DNA from: Haliotis cracherodii
Lineage: Eukaryota
Direction: 5' to 3'
NCBI RefSeq assembly: GCF_022045235.1
Contig: NW_027266275.1
Location: forward strand, 12,214,001-12,278,000
DNA: 64,000 nucleotides
Each line of letters opens with the position of its first letter. The stretch's first letter is position 1. The notes beneath the pieces are model-generated. The model saw only the letters and a list, made by a program, of their open reading frames with translations. It searched no databases and was not told the origin of the DNA. The translations under genes were made by a program, and so were the position numbers. Below are positions 39,027 to 50,800 of the stretch, piece by piece.

Positions 39027-40420
39027 TATCTCTTTGATTAGTGTCCATTTTTTTCAAAATGGCATCAAGTATTCCCGCTGTTGATGGATCGTCTTGCGAT
39101 ATAATAGAACTTGACACATATGTTAAGTGTTACTGCCGTGCTGACAAGCGAGAGAGACGAGCTACTTACTTACTTACTTACTTTGGAGATTTAACGTGCG
39201 CTTTCCGACTGATGCGTATTTCGCACACGGGCTTCTTCCCACGCCCCTTATTTATATCCGTAACATACCCAGGCTAATTACCTCCCTGACCCATTGCATA
39301 CCGCTAAGGAGAAAGCAGTTTCTCTCTTATTGCACTCAACCGAGAGAAACATCATCCTCTCCATACTATGCAATGCCACATACCCAGACATATATACATA
39401 CAACATAACACCAATATTTACAATGGCCCGGTCGTGTCGACACGGGCAGAGACTCAAAAAAAGTCTATAGCCCTAGAGACAGGGAAACGACAATCGTCTC
39501 TGAAGATGATCTTTTATGTAACCGTCCTTGGCATTTTCACTTCTCCAACGTCCGTGTCTTTTAAACATTCGATCTGGTACGCCATTGTTTGCCGCCTCTG
39601 ACGCCCCGCCACTACGCTACCACTTTATTATACTGAACATCTTTTTGTGAATATATCTGGCTGTGTACAAGCAAGAACAAAACATGTACTTTGCACTGAA
39701 CTGTATTTTGATCTGAATTTTCAGTGTTGGTCTTTTTTAGCAGTTTGACAATGTCATTAACGTTAACATCACTCAATAGCAGTACCGTAGACGTTCCAAA
39801 CAATGTTGCTGTACAAAGTCAGTATAATGGGGAATTCTAAGAAAGGCTGCACTCTGGTATATTGTCACGAAGTTGATTTCCAAATAAACCGCAGAGGATA
39901 AGGCAGTAATAGGTAAGCATAGAACTAAATTGTGAAATCGGTACAAGATCACTTCTTGTACTGACAAAAAGGACACTGCATGTATACAGGTTCACACATA
40001 TTTGTACAAACACGAAGGTATATAACATCTTACCATATAACAAAAACACTGTTTTTAGCGTATTCAGTGTGTGTATATAAAAATATGCTGATCTCTCACG
40101 TTGTTATGTGAATCGTTCCAGGAACCAACGTTGTCATCAGCTTTGATCGTTTTTGAATGACCACTTGTCAAGATTTCTCAGTTCCCTCACTTATACGTTA
40201 TGCGTTATGCGGAAGGGATAGGTTGGGGTTGGCACAGATGTGTACCTCGGCGGGATTTGGTTATTTCAAGGCATCCAGGACATACAATAAAATCTCACAC
40301 AGTGCACATGAAGAACTAGTATATATTCAGAACACCGAGAGTGTCAACTTACATGTGGTATGTGTTTCTTAAATTAGTTTAATTTTAGTTTTGTCAACAC
40401 ACGAGGCTTAAAAACGAAGA

Positions 40421-40432
40421 GAAACCGAAAGT
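40421..40432 (+). promoter_or_regulatory. IRF-binding / ISRE-like motif upstream of A4
   Basis: GAAACCGAAAGT. Confidence 0.55.
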
Positions 40433-41760
40433 AGGAATTGTTGGACTCAAATTAAAATACATTGATGTAATTCTCTTTTATTGTTTTATGTTTAATGTAT
40501 ATCTGATGTTCTGGTGAACAACGTTACTTGTTGATGTGTAAAACGGACACAATAAAGATAAGCATCAGACTTAGTCTCGAATACTAACGTTCAATTACCT
40601 CCCTTGTAATATGTTTTCCAATTTATGTAAAGGAAAGCTTGGTGTTAACATAATTTATTTATTTATTTATACTAACTGTTGGTAGTTTTTAAAACTTTAT
40701 AGGAAACACGTGCGCATTTCAAATAAGGCGGATAATGTCACAGCTGCGAGAGTTTAATTTGGCTTCAATTAAGCCTGACCTCATATTATCACAATAATTC
40801 ATATATTCAGTTTTAATTCATCACTGCAGGTAAATCTTGTATTGTACGGAAAGAACAAGCTTGTTCTTATAGCAGAGTCAGTAATTCATTACGATAATGA
40901 TTTCAACTATAATGAGAGAAAGGTTTAGTTCAAATACAAGGATAAACAAATATATAGATCTAGACCCATGTTTCGGAAAAGCTTTATTTGGCGTTATATC
41001 AATATATGTATTCCTATAGTACTATGGAAGGGTCAATATAGACATACATTTATATCTTCAAGTTGATTTGAAAAGAATATTAAAGTCTGATTTACTGAGA
41101 GACTATCCCACTTGTGGCTGAATATATATCTCAAGTAACCAACGCTTGTCACAAATGTGACTCAATTTGAACAGTTTCTTACAATGTGTGATTGTACCCT
41201 GACCTCTTGACTCAATGTTTGTCATACCAGCAGCTGTTGGGTTGCCTGGTGGACACTCGACATACTCACTGTCACTTTTGGAACAAGGAATTATATGTGA
41301 TGTGCCAAACAGTAAACGGATTTCTTCCACTTTTATGAAATAATGCAGTTGATTTTATATGAAGAATAAACCCTATTACGATGGTAGCTGCTGATGGTTT
41401 GAGTGGTCGAACCTGGACATACTACAGATCACTATGATGCAGTTGACATGTGATGTTGATGGTGAAGAAACTTCATTGAGACAAACTACACATTCGACAG
41501 TCAATAACAGATGTCTCAATATATTTAATGACGCACTCAACACGTGAATGAATTTGGATATGTGCCACTTTGAACAGTATTTCAGTTATGTCAGCTTGGT
41601 GCGGAAGGTAAGTCCCACGTGGCTTTCAACAAGACATTTTCAAGATGTGCCAGCCAAAATACACATTGCCCCATTACAGAGACCTAAGAACTCCACCAGA
41701 AAAAATATATTTTGAAAATTTGAAAAATGATTTATGTGACCTTCAATTCTGGTTTTTCAG

Positions 41761-44045
41761 ATGGCGACATCCCAGAATGAGAAAGTGATGGAATTCCTCA
41801 CCTGTGTGATCTGCCAGGAACTGTACACAGACCCGTGTACACTGACGTGTGATCACACATTCTGCAGAAAATGTGTCACCAAGTACATACAAACCAGACC
41901 AGATGCTGTACAGTCAAAGACGATACCATGTGCCTTCTGTCGACAAGATACCAAGGTCCCCCACCCCAGCAGGCCAGTGGAGGAGTGGGCGGGGCAGATC
42001 AAACCCAGCATCATTATACAGGGGCTGATTGACACCCTAGGGACTGAGGGTGGTGTACCAGGTTAAGTTCAACCAGAAGTAACATTCATATGGATCAGTT
42101 AATCATGTTCATTGAAAGATAAATCTATGACAAAAAGATCTTAAAACGTATTAATCAGAAATAATGTCAATCCAGTTTGATGAATTATTTGGTGGAAGGT
42201 TAGCCAAGTGAACAACGTAAAGGTACAACCAGTTGTAATATTTAAGTTGATTTAATCACCTGTGTTTATGATATGGTATTTATTCATGAGAAATTGAAAC
42301 TTGAAATAGTTCATCAAGTTGGATCGGTTATTGAACTTTAAATAAAGACTGTTTACATGCTTAGCATTCCCATATTGGTTTCTTTTAGAAACAATACAAT
42401 CGTTTTTCTGTTCACAGAGACGTCAAGCACCTACTGCATGATCTGTCAGCAACTAGGGGAGACAACTCCAGGTGCCTTGTGGTGTCCTGAGTGTGAAGTG
42501 GTCCTCTGTGACAGATGTGTGAAGACACACCGGGTGAGTCCTACGTCACAGAACCATGACCTGTGTGACCTGTCATCTAGGTCAAAGGGCAGACGGAGGG
42601 TCAAGTGTACAGAGCACAAGAGTAACAATGTAGAGTTCCACTGTAAAGACTGTCAGAAGGCTGCTTGTCAGACATGTTATATCACCTACCACAGAGCTTG
42701 TAAAACTGTCGTCACCATTGACTCAATGAAGCCAGAGATGGAGGCAGCACTGCTGGAGAAGAGATTTGACATGGGGAAGAGACTGAAGGTGAGGTCGAAG
42801 AAAGTAGAGCTGAAAAATAAGAAACTCAACACTATTTTTAGAGCTAAAGAGTCAGCTGTACAACATATTAGGTCAATATGTCAGACAGCTATAAACAAGA
42901 TTAAACAGAAAGAAACACAACTCTTGGATGAATTGAATCACATTACACAGACGTACACCGGCCAACTCCGCTCTGGTGTGAAACTTGAAGAGATTGAGAT
43001 GCAGATGTACAGACAACATTGTGAGTTCATTGACCAGGCCTTGGTATCGGACTGTGAGATGGACCTGTATGACGCGTATCAGGCCTGGGAGTCGGGGGCT
43101 GTAGAGATGGGGGATGTCAGGGACACAGATACAGCAGACACCTGGAGAATAGATAACATCAGGTTTACATCAAACGCTGAGCATGTCCAGCACATCATAT
43201 ATAACCTACATCTGGGAAAGATTCACGTCACATATCAGGATCAGAAGAAATGTCTGCTGTCGCCTGTGCTAGTTGGAATTACAGACGGGAGGATGGCGGG
43301 TGATGAGAATGAGCCTGATCTACGCGACGTCACAGTCCTGGTTGTAGACGGTATACAGACTGCTGTGGTTACCGACATGAAGAATGAGTGTGTAAAATCT
43401 TTCTACACAACAAACAACCAGCGATGTCAAAGTAAACTTCCCCTGGGTGACCTTCCATGTGGTGTAACACAGTTGAAGGAGAAACAGGTGATGGTTGCTG
43501 TCCCTGGATCCCGTCAGATTGTAACAGTAGAAGTAACCCCTGACCTGGCCCTGCTCTCGTCCTTCACAACAAATAAGGTGTATTACAGTCTCGCTGTTCT
43601 GAATCCCTCCTGTCTAGCAGCAGGTGGATACGGCGTTGTTGATATCCTGGACATGGCGGGGCACGTGCTGAGGACACTCACTAAACGCAACAAGACCCTG
43701 TTTACCTTCCCCTACTACATGTGTGTCAACAGCAAGGGCAACATACTCGTGTCTGACGAGAGGAAGAAGTCTGTGACATGTCTAACTACAGAAGGCGATG
43801 TTGTGTTCAAATACGCACCTACCGGAGACAGAGCGCTCAGCTTGCCTCGTGGCATCGCAACTACCAGCAAAGGAGACACTCTGCTTGTAGACAGGAGCAC
43901 CAATGAAATGATTCAGCTGACAGAGTCGGGGGAGTTAGTTGGAGATTTTCTCAAGTCAAAAGACGTGTGTGATGTATTCTGTGATAAATACGGATTCTTC
44001 TTTCTGTGTACAAAAACGGATGTGAGAGAGTATATGTTAGTCTGA
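41761..44045 (+). CDS. TRIM-like gene A4, join(41761..42061,42418..44045), 642 aa: RING, two B-boxes, coiled coil, beta-propeller
   Basis: Same splice signals and phase as A2. ORFs 41761..42066 and 42357..44045 are intact. Confidence 0.9.
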
Positions 44046-44322
44046 TAGAAAAAACAAAACAATCATGGATTGTGCATGAGGTTATTCTGAAAAGGTTATA
44101 AGTAAATTTATGTAAAGAGAAAAGATCGAGTGAAAGAGTAGAATACGTAATAATAACAGTCTTGGGTATTGCTTTTTCAGTCAAGCAGACAAACGATATT
44201 CAAATAGGTTACTTCCTGCAATAAATAATCCACGTGATCACAAGGTGAAAGACACCAGTAGTGACAGTTGTTATAGAGATACTTGTGGTGACATCGGCCA
44301 CAGAAGGTCTACTTGGTCTCAC

Positions 44323-45585
44323 TGTGGCAGACACAAGTATTAACATACAGTTTTGTTGTACATATGTTTTATCTATTTGAGGTCCTTTAGGTTTGTAATA
44401 TTATTTTAAGTTGTTAGGAAAGTAGGTTCTTAGTTCAATATCTATTATGGGCTTCTGGATTAGTTTACTTATAATGTAGAGGGTGGTTGGGTTGGTCTAT
44501 GTTTGTGTCATTGTTTCTCCTCGTTGTTCTAACCCAAGCCTTGTTTTCATTGGCTTGTTCAAACTGTGCACTTTTCATCCATCTTGCACTTGACGATACA
44601 CCAATTCAGAAGTCAGTCAACAATTTGGACTTGGACAGATCTGGCATAACTAATTCGAATATTAAGGTTGGTAATCTATAAAATTGCTAGCTAATCTCTA
44701 TGTATGTATTTAAATAATAATATAACTTATGTTATATAAGTTATGTGGAATGTTATTTCAGTATTATCAACATGCTTATCTTTGGTAGGGTGATTGTGCC
44801 ACCATATTACTAAGTTAATAATTAAATAAGGCTAAGTAAACACTATAAATGCTTTTCATCCTTCTTCTTTCTGTGTCTGAATGTTTGAATGAATGCGTTG
44901 ATTTTTATCATTGTGTAAATACTGAATTTGTATGCAATGTCAATCATTGTATGATAGTTTGTAGTTAGTTATATTTCCTCAATTGTATTCTGTGTGTTAC
45001 ATTTATTCATAATTGATTCTGTAATTAGGAGCGTGCTGACAGCTACATAGCTACCACGTAAGGCGGCTGCCTGGAGAGAACAAACACCCCAGTGTCACCC
45101 ACAGGGTACGCATAATTTACATGTTTGATGTGTCATGAAGTATATTTTGTAAATAGTGTATCATACCAAATGTATGATCAGGTAATGAACTAATATAGTA
45201 GTTTCAACAAAGTGGTAATTGTATTTGTAATGTTCATTGTATGTTAGAACCGTGGACCATCTATATATTGTAATCTTATCAGTAATGTCGGGATCGAGTT
45301 ATCGCCCTTGATAAATCGTTTGTTTACTTCAGGCTAAGATAATGATTTTATATATCATTGATTATTAAGTTCATGTTGATGTAATGAATATAGACTATGT
45401 TTATATCAAATGAAAGGTCGCTTTGTATTGTATTAATATATGTGTGTATGAAACCTGTGTACTACTGTTTTTATAATCTTATTGTTTGTACATTACAGGG
45501 TGTCATTGTTATCTACTAAGGCAATAAAGACTCACACCCGTAGCCTGTGTTGGACCTTGTATTTGCCATCACAAAACCGGTTACA
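44323..45585 (+). repeat. LTR1 (1263 bp, TG..CA)
   Basis: Followed by PBS TGGAGCCCCCAGTGAGG at 45588; AATAAA near its 3' end. Confidence 0.93.
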
Positions 45586-46726
45586 AATGGAGCCCCCAGT
45601 GAGGATTTTTGCCTAAGAAATGTCAGCCAGCCTCTTCGTGGGATAGACAGCTCCCCTTTCCTTCTGTGTACAGGCACATGTACTGAGATCTGCCAAGCCA
45701 TGTGATTCCCTTCACTTTCACGGTATCTGTGACTGACTTGTGTGTATTGACATCGGTGGATACAACGTGGATATAACGTTGTGTATTTTGTAACTTGTAC
45801 CTTATTCCCGTACACAAAGCATATTTCTGATATCTGGTAATTTATAAATTAATTCCCTTTGCAATCAATCATGTAATATATTTTACTTCATAGTATTTAT
45901 TTGTCTTTGCCGGCTTAAGTTTTTCATTATTGTACATATATTTCAATTATCTGCATCTATGTAAGGTTTTCGTAATTGTAATTACATTCAACCTTTCTCT
46001 ACATTTGTAATTATAGATATGTATCTGGCCAGTAAACCTTGTTATGCAGCATTTAGCAACTTGTGAAAACATTTTTTCGGTGAAAACCAAGTTTTTATAC
46101 TTTGGTATTGTGTACATTTGTTTACGGCATGTATCCTTAGTTTAGTTTAGTTTAGTTTGACTATTGGATAAACTGTTTTGTTAGTTTCAATAAAGTTTGA
46201 CCTTTCTACACATATGCAAATAAACTTGGATAGGTATTTAATAATAATAATAATCAGATTAGAATTAGTTTGGGTTGTTGTTTTTTCTGACTGCTCTACC
46301 ACAGACTGACTTAGTTTGAAATCATTTTCCCCATCTGCACTTCTTTTTTTTCACATTTACATAACAGCATGCCTTGATCTATTCCTTCGTGTTGTTTTGT
46401 GGGTCTCATATTCACACCGGGTATTAGTTATCTTAGGTACTTTATTTCATTATGTAGCATTTTAGTATCTACTTTTATTTTTCACTGAGATTATTTTTTT
46501 TAGGAAATATTTTGCAATCAATTTTTTTATATTCCATTGCAGCTGTTTTTCTTTCAGATTGCAGTTGTGACTCGGTGATCATCTCTATTCATTTTCAGAT
46601 TTCAGTTATCAGCATCTTTCAAAACTTCTGTGACTTCTGTGTCTTTGCACATCTTCTTCACATGCTTTTGTGACCTTTATTTGGATTTTGTAATCCTTCC
46701 ACTCGACTGCATCGTACTCTTACATC

Positions 46727-47860
46727 ATGAATCTTGAAGAAGAGGAGATGAAAAGTTTGTTAACTATATTTACAAAGATGGGACTGTCTCCAAAGGTTGA
46801 GAATCCGGATGACTTTAAAGCTTGGATTCAAGGAATGGCCTGGAAAAGGACACTCCATATGACTTGTGGAAATATGAAGTTGACTGTCTTCTACAGTCAA
46901 AGACTCATTCTCTAGATGTTATACTCCAGGTTATCAGAAAATCATTGAAGGGGGAAGCCGCCCTGGTTGCCATGAAGCTTGGACACACTGCCACAGTTGA
47001 GGACCTCTTGATCCATTCTGCTTTTGGAACTTTGAGAAGGAAGGAGACCCTGATGTCACAGTTTTATGGTACTTTCCAAGGAGACAAGGAAGATGTTACA
47101 GTATGGGGTTGTCGGCTGGAGAACCTCATGTACCGGATAGCCTCCCAACGTCAGATGAGCTTTGAGGAAGAGGATGAAATGCTCCGAAGCAAGATGTGGG
47201 ATGGCCTTAAGCCTGAACTGAAGAGCCTTGCTGCCCACAAGTATGATAACATCTTCAACTTTGATGAGGGAAGTTGAGTTTGACATGAAGCGGGATCAAA
47301 GTCACAGCACAGGAAAGAAGACAGCTACCATAAAGATGGCCTCTACCTCTGACTCTTCTACTGCTGTTGCTACTAAGGAAGAAGTGATGGATCTTAAAGC
47401 CATGATGAGGGATATCAAGACAGAGCTAGCTGACCTAAAGGAGCAACGTCAACATTCAGCTCAAGTATTTCTTCAACAGCCTCATCAACCATCACCAGCC
47501 TCTCAAGGTACTCCTCAGACTTCCTGGAGGAGGAACAGCAAACATTATGGGAAACGGAATGGACCATCACATCAGACAAGCTCGTTCCAGTCCCAGATGC
47601 CATCTGTTATGCCTCAGCAACAGCCTTCTTACAGTCAGCCCGCGCCTCCAAGGCCACAAGCGCCATATATGCCCCAGCATATTCCACCACCACAACCACC
47701 TCAAGTTCATGGGTATGGATTGCAGCCAGAACCACAGGAACCCATCTATTGTTACCGCTGTGGATACCCTGGACATATTGCAGTTGGGTGTAGAGTGAGA
47801 CTGGACCATCTTCGACGCCCTTTAAACTTGGCCAGGCCTATGGGAGGGGGCAACCATTAG
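46727..47860 (+). pseudogene. gag: Gypsy gag copy 1 (PNMA-like capsid + CCHC knuckle), frameshifted
   Basis: Three overlapping ORFs (46727, 46822, 47228); YDLWKYEV..IRKSLKGEA; CYRCGYPGHIAVGC. Confidence 0.85.
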
Positions 47861-47877
47861 GCTTTATTGGGCGCCCC
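47821..47877 (+). other. -1 programmed ribosomal frameshift signal (T TTA AAC + H-type pseudoknot); copy at 55670-55726
   Basis: The heptamer is correctly phased in gag and the -1 frame is open into the protease. Stem1 47836-47843 pairs with 47854-47862; stem2 47847-47851 pairs with 47873-47877. Confidence 0.8.
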
Positions 47878-50800
47878 AAGTATAAAGAGATTCCAGACGG
47901 ACTAGTAGGAGATGCCACAGAAGTTGAGATCAGCATTGAAGGATTTCCTGTTCGTGCTCTGTTGGACACTGGTGCTACAGTCTCTATTATATCTGAGACA
48001 TTTTACAAGAATCATTTACAGACTTTGCCCTTGGAACCAATCAGTGATATCTTGGATATTGAGTGTGCCGGAGGGGAACAGCTTCCACATCTTGGATATG
48101 TGAGTGTAAGACTCAATATCATTGGTGGAGGAATAAGCAAAACTTCGGATTCGTGCCTCATGTTAATTGTTCCTGAAACAAGATACAATGCCAAGGTACC
48201 TGCTTTGCTTGGAACTAATGTGTTGCAGCATTTCTTGAATGAGTGTAAGCTACAACACGGAGCACGTTTTCTTCAGAAGGCCAGTCTCCACACTCCTTGG
48301 TACTTAGCCTACAGGACTTTAGCATTACGGGATAAAGAACTAGAGCGACGAGGACACTGCCTTGGATTTGTTCGCAGCACCGAGAACAAGAACCTCATCA
48401 TTCCACCCAACACCAACATGGTTATCAAAGGACAAGTAACCAAGGGGTTCAATTCACCAGTCATATGTGCTTTACTCCAACCTACCAGCTTTGCTTCATT
48501 ACCACAGGATTTGGACATAGCGCCTACGCTTATATCTTACAACTATGACAGTCGGAACCCAGTGGACGTGCACATCTCCAACATTACAACTAGAACAGTA
48601 GTTGTCCCTCCTAGAGCTCTGTTGTGTGAGATTCAGCCTGTATCTATTCCGGAGCTACAAACTGGAGAACAAGGAGACCCAGATGACATCATCAACCAAG
48701 TCGATGTTGATGACACTGACCTGACAAGGGAAGAGATACAGATGGGACTTGACATCATCATGAAGTTCACAGACATCTTCTCCAAACATGATGATGACAT
48801 TGGATGTAGCAACATGGTGCATCATCGGATAGACATTGTTGATGAAGTTCCCTTCAAACAGAGACATCGCCGAATACCACCTGTAATGTATGATGAAGTT
48901 CGGAACCATCTTCAAACACTACTCTCAGCTGAAGTAATCAGGAAGTCACACAGTCCTTGGGCATCCAATATTGTACTTGCCAGAAGGAAAGATGGGCGTC
49001 TCAGGATGTGTGCAGATTTTCGCCAGCTTAATGACCGAACCATTAAAGATTCCTACGCTCTGCCGAGGATTGAAGACTTACTGGATTGTTTGGGTGGAAA
49101 CAAGTTCTTCTCAGTCCTTGACATGAAAAGTGGTTATCACCAGGTGGAGATCGAGGAAGCTCACAAAGAAAGAACTGCCTTCACTGTAGGACCTCTAGGA
49201 TTCTACGAGTACAATCGTATGCCATTTGGATTTACCAACGCCCCAGCCACTTACCAGCGTCTCATGGAACGATGCCTTGAAGGTCTACACCTTAACATCT
49301 GTTTGATCTATCTCGATGATTTGATCATATTCTCTAACACGTATGAAGAACATATTGAACGACTCAAACAAGTTTTCCAGCGGATACAAGAATGTGGGCT
49401 CAAACTAGCCACCAAGAAGTGCAAGTTCTTCAAAAGAAAAGTTCGGTATGTGGGGTACATTGTTTCAGAACATGGAATTGAAGCTGACCCTGAGAAAATT
49501 GACAAAGTGCAACATTGGCCAACTCCTTCTAGCCCGGAGCAAGTCAGGAAATTTCTAGGATTTGCTGGCTATTACAGAAAATTCATCAAAGATTTTGCCA
49601 AAATTGCCAAACCACTTTCAGAGTTAATGCCAAAGTCAGCTTCAAAGAAGTCAAAGCCCAAGGACGTTAACTGGATGTGGGGGGAAGCCCAACAGAGTGC
49701 TTTCAACGAACTAAAGCAGCGACTCTCCATGCCACCAATTCTGGGATATGCTGACTGTACCAAGCCCTTTGAACTACATACAGATGCCAGTGGTCATGGA
49801 CTAGGTGCAGTACTCTACCAGGTGCAGGACGGACAGCCACGAGTAATAGCTTATGCAAGTAGAGGACTCAGTCGTTCTGAGAGAAATTATTCAGCACACA
49901 AGCTGGAGTTTTTGTGTCTGAAATGGTCTATCACAGAGAAGTTTCATGACTACTTGTGGGGTCATGACTTTGTGGTTATCAGCGACAACAATCCATTGAC
50001 GTATGTGCTGACAAGTGCTCGATTAGACGCCACGGGTCATAGATGGCTTGCTGCTCTCTCCAGCTATAATTTCAGCATTAAGTACCACCCAGGGAAATCC
50101 AACAGTGATGCCGATGCTCTGTCCAGGTTACCAGTCAAGGAAGACCCTGATGACATGGATGAGATTGCAAAAGATTATGTCAGAGCTATTTGTCATTCTA
50201 CCCATGTGACGAATCTTGTGGAAAGTTTGTGCCTCTCTGCAGATGTGGTTGAAGAGGAAGACCTTGACTTAACTGAGGACTGATGTGAACAGAATGCCAG
50301 AGACTGGAGACGATCACAGGCTAAAGATCAAGCCCTTGTAGAAATTATCAAACACTTGAGGAATGGAGCAAGATCAGACCGGATGAACTACCTGAAGGAT
50401 CCTGAAATGACATCATTGATGAAGAACTACAGTCAGTTCAAACTCAAGCGAGGAGTTCTATACAGATTCGCCAGTGTTAATGGCGTAGACAGGGAACAGC
50501 TAGTTCTACCCTCTCGGTTAAGAACTACGGCAATGAGGAGCCTCCATGACAATGTAGGACACCCTGGAAGAGACAGGACTGTATCACTTCTACAGGACAG
50601 ATTCTACTGGCCAGGGATAACACGTGACGTGGAGACCCACCTAAAACATTGTGAGCGTTGTCTAAGGAGGAAAACAGCAACCAACATCAAAGCTCCCTTA
50701 ATCAGCATCAAGACTTCCGAGCCACTAGAGCTTGTATGCATGGACTTCCTTTCCCTAGAACCTTCTAAAGGAGGAATAGAACATGTCTTGGTTGTGACAG

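Larger units (their letters stand above)
34899..39617 (-). mobile_element. Degenerate DIRS-order (tyrosine recombinase) retrotransposon with split direct repeats, PAT-like
   Basis: Minus-strand fragments in order gag, RT, RNase H, MT, YR. Direct repeats 35693-36133 vs 39120-39617 and 34899-34997 vs 39355-39450. Absent at the paralogous site near 11760. Confidence 0.9.
24037..42250 (+). repeat. Segmental duplication of about 1..14400 (A1 3' part, B1, A2 5' part), with an 888-bp deletion and a DIRS insertion in this copy
   Basis: Identical or near-identical ORF pairs at offsets 24036, 23148 and 23153 (e.g. 1615/24763, 6176/29329). Colinearity continues past the DIRS element to the A4 RING exon and intron. 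Confidence 0.92.

Noticed and set aside
34899-39617. Diversity-generating retroelement (RT + repeats next to variable genes)
   Set aside because: The RT is DIRS-type with YR and is broken. Its repeats share no homology with the TRIM propellers, and no template/variable repeat pair with adenine-specific mismatches is seen.
50281-50283. Programmed stop-codon readthrough or selenocysteine in pol
   Set aside because: The sister copy has AGA here, so it is a simple nonsense mutation.
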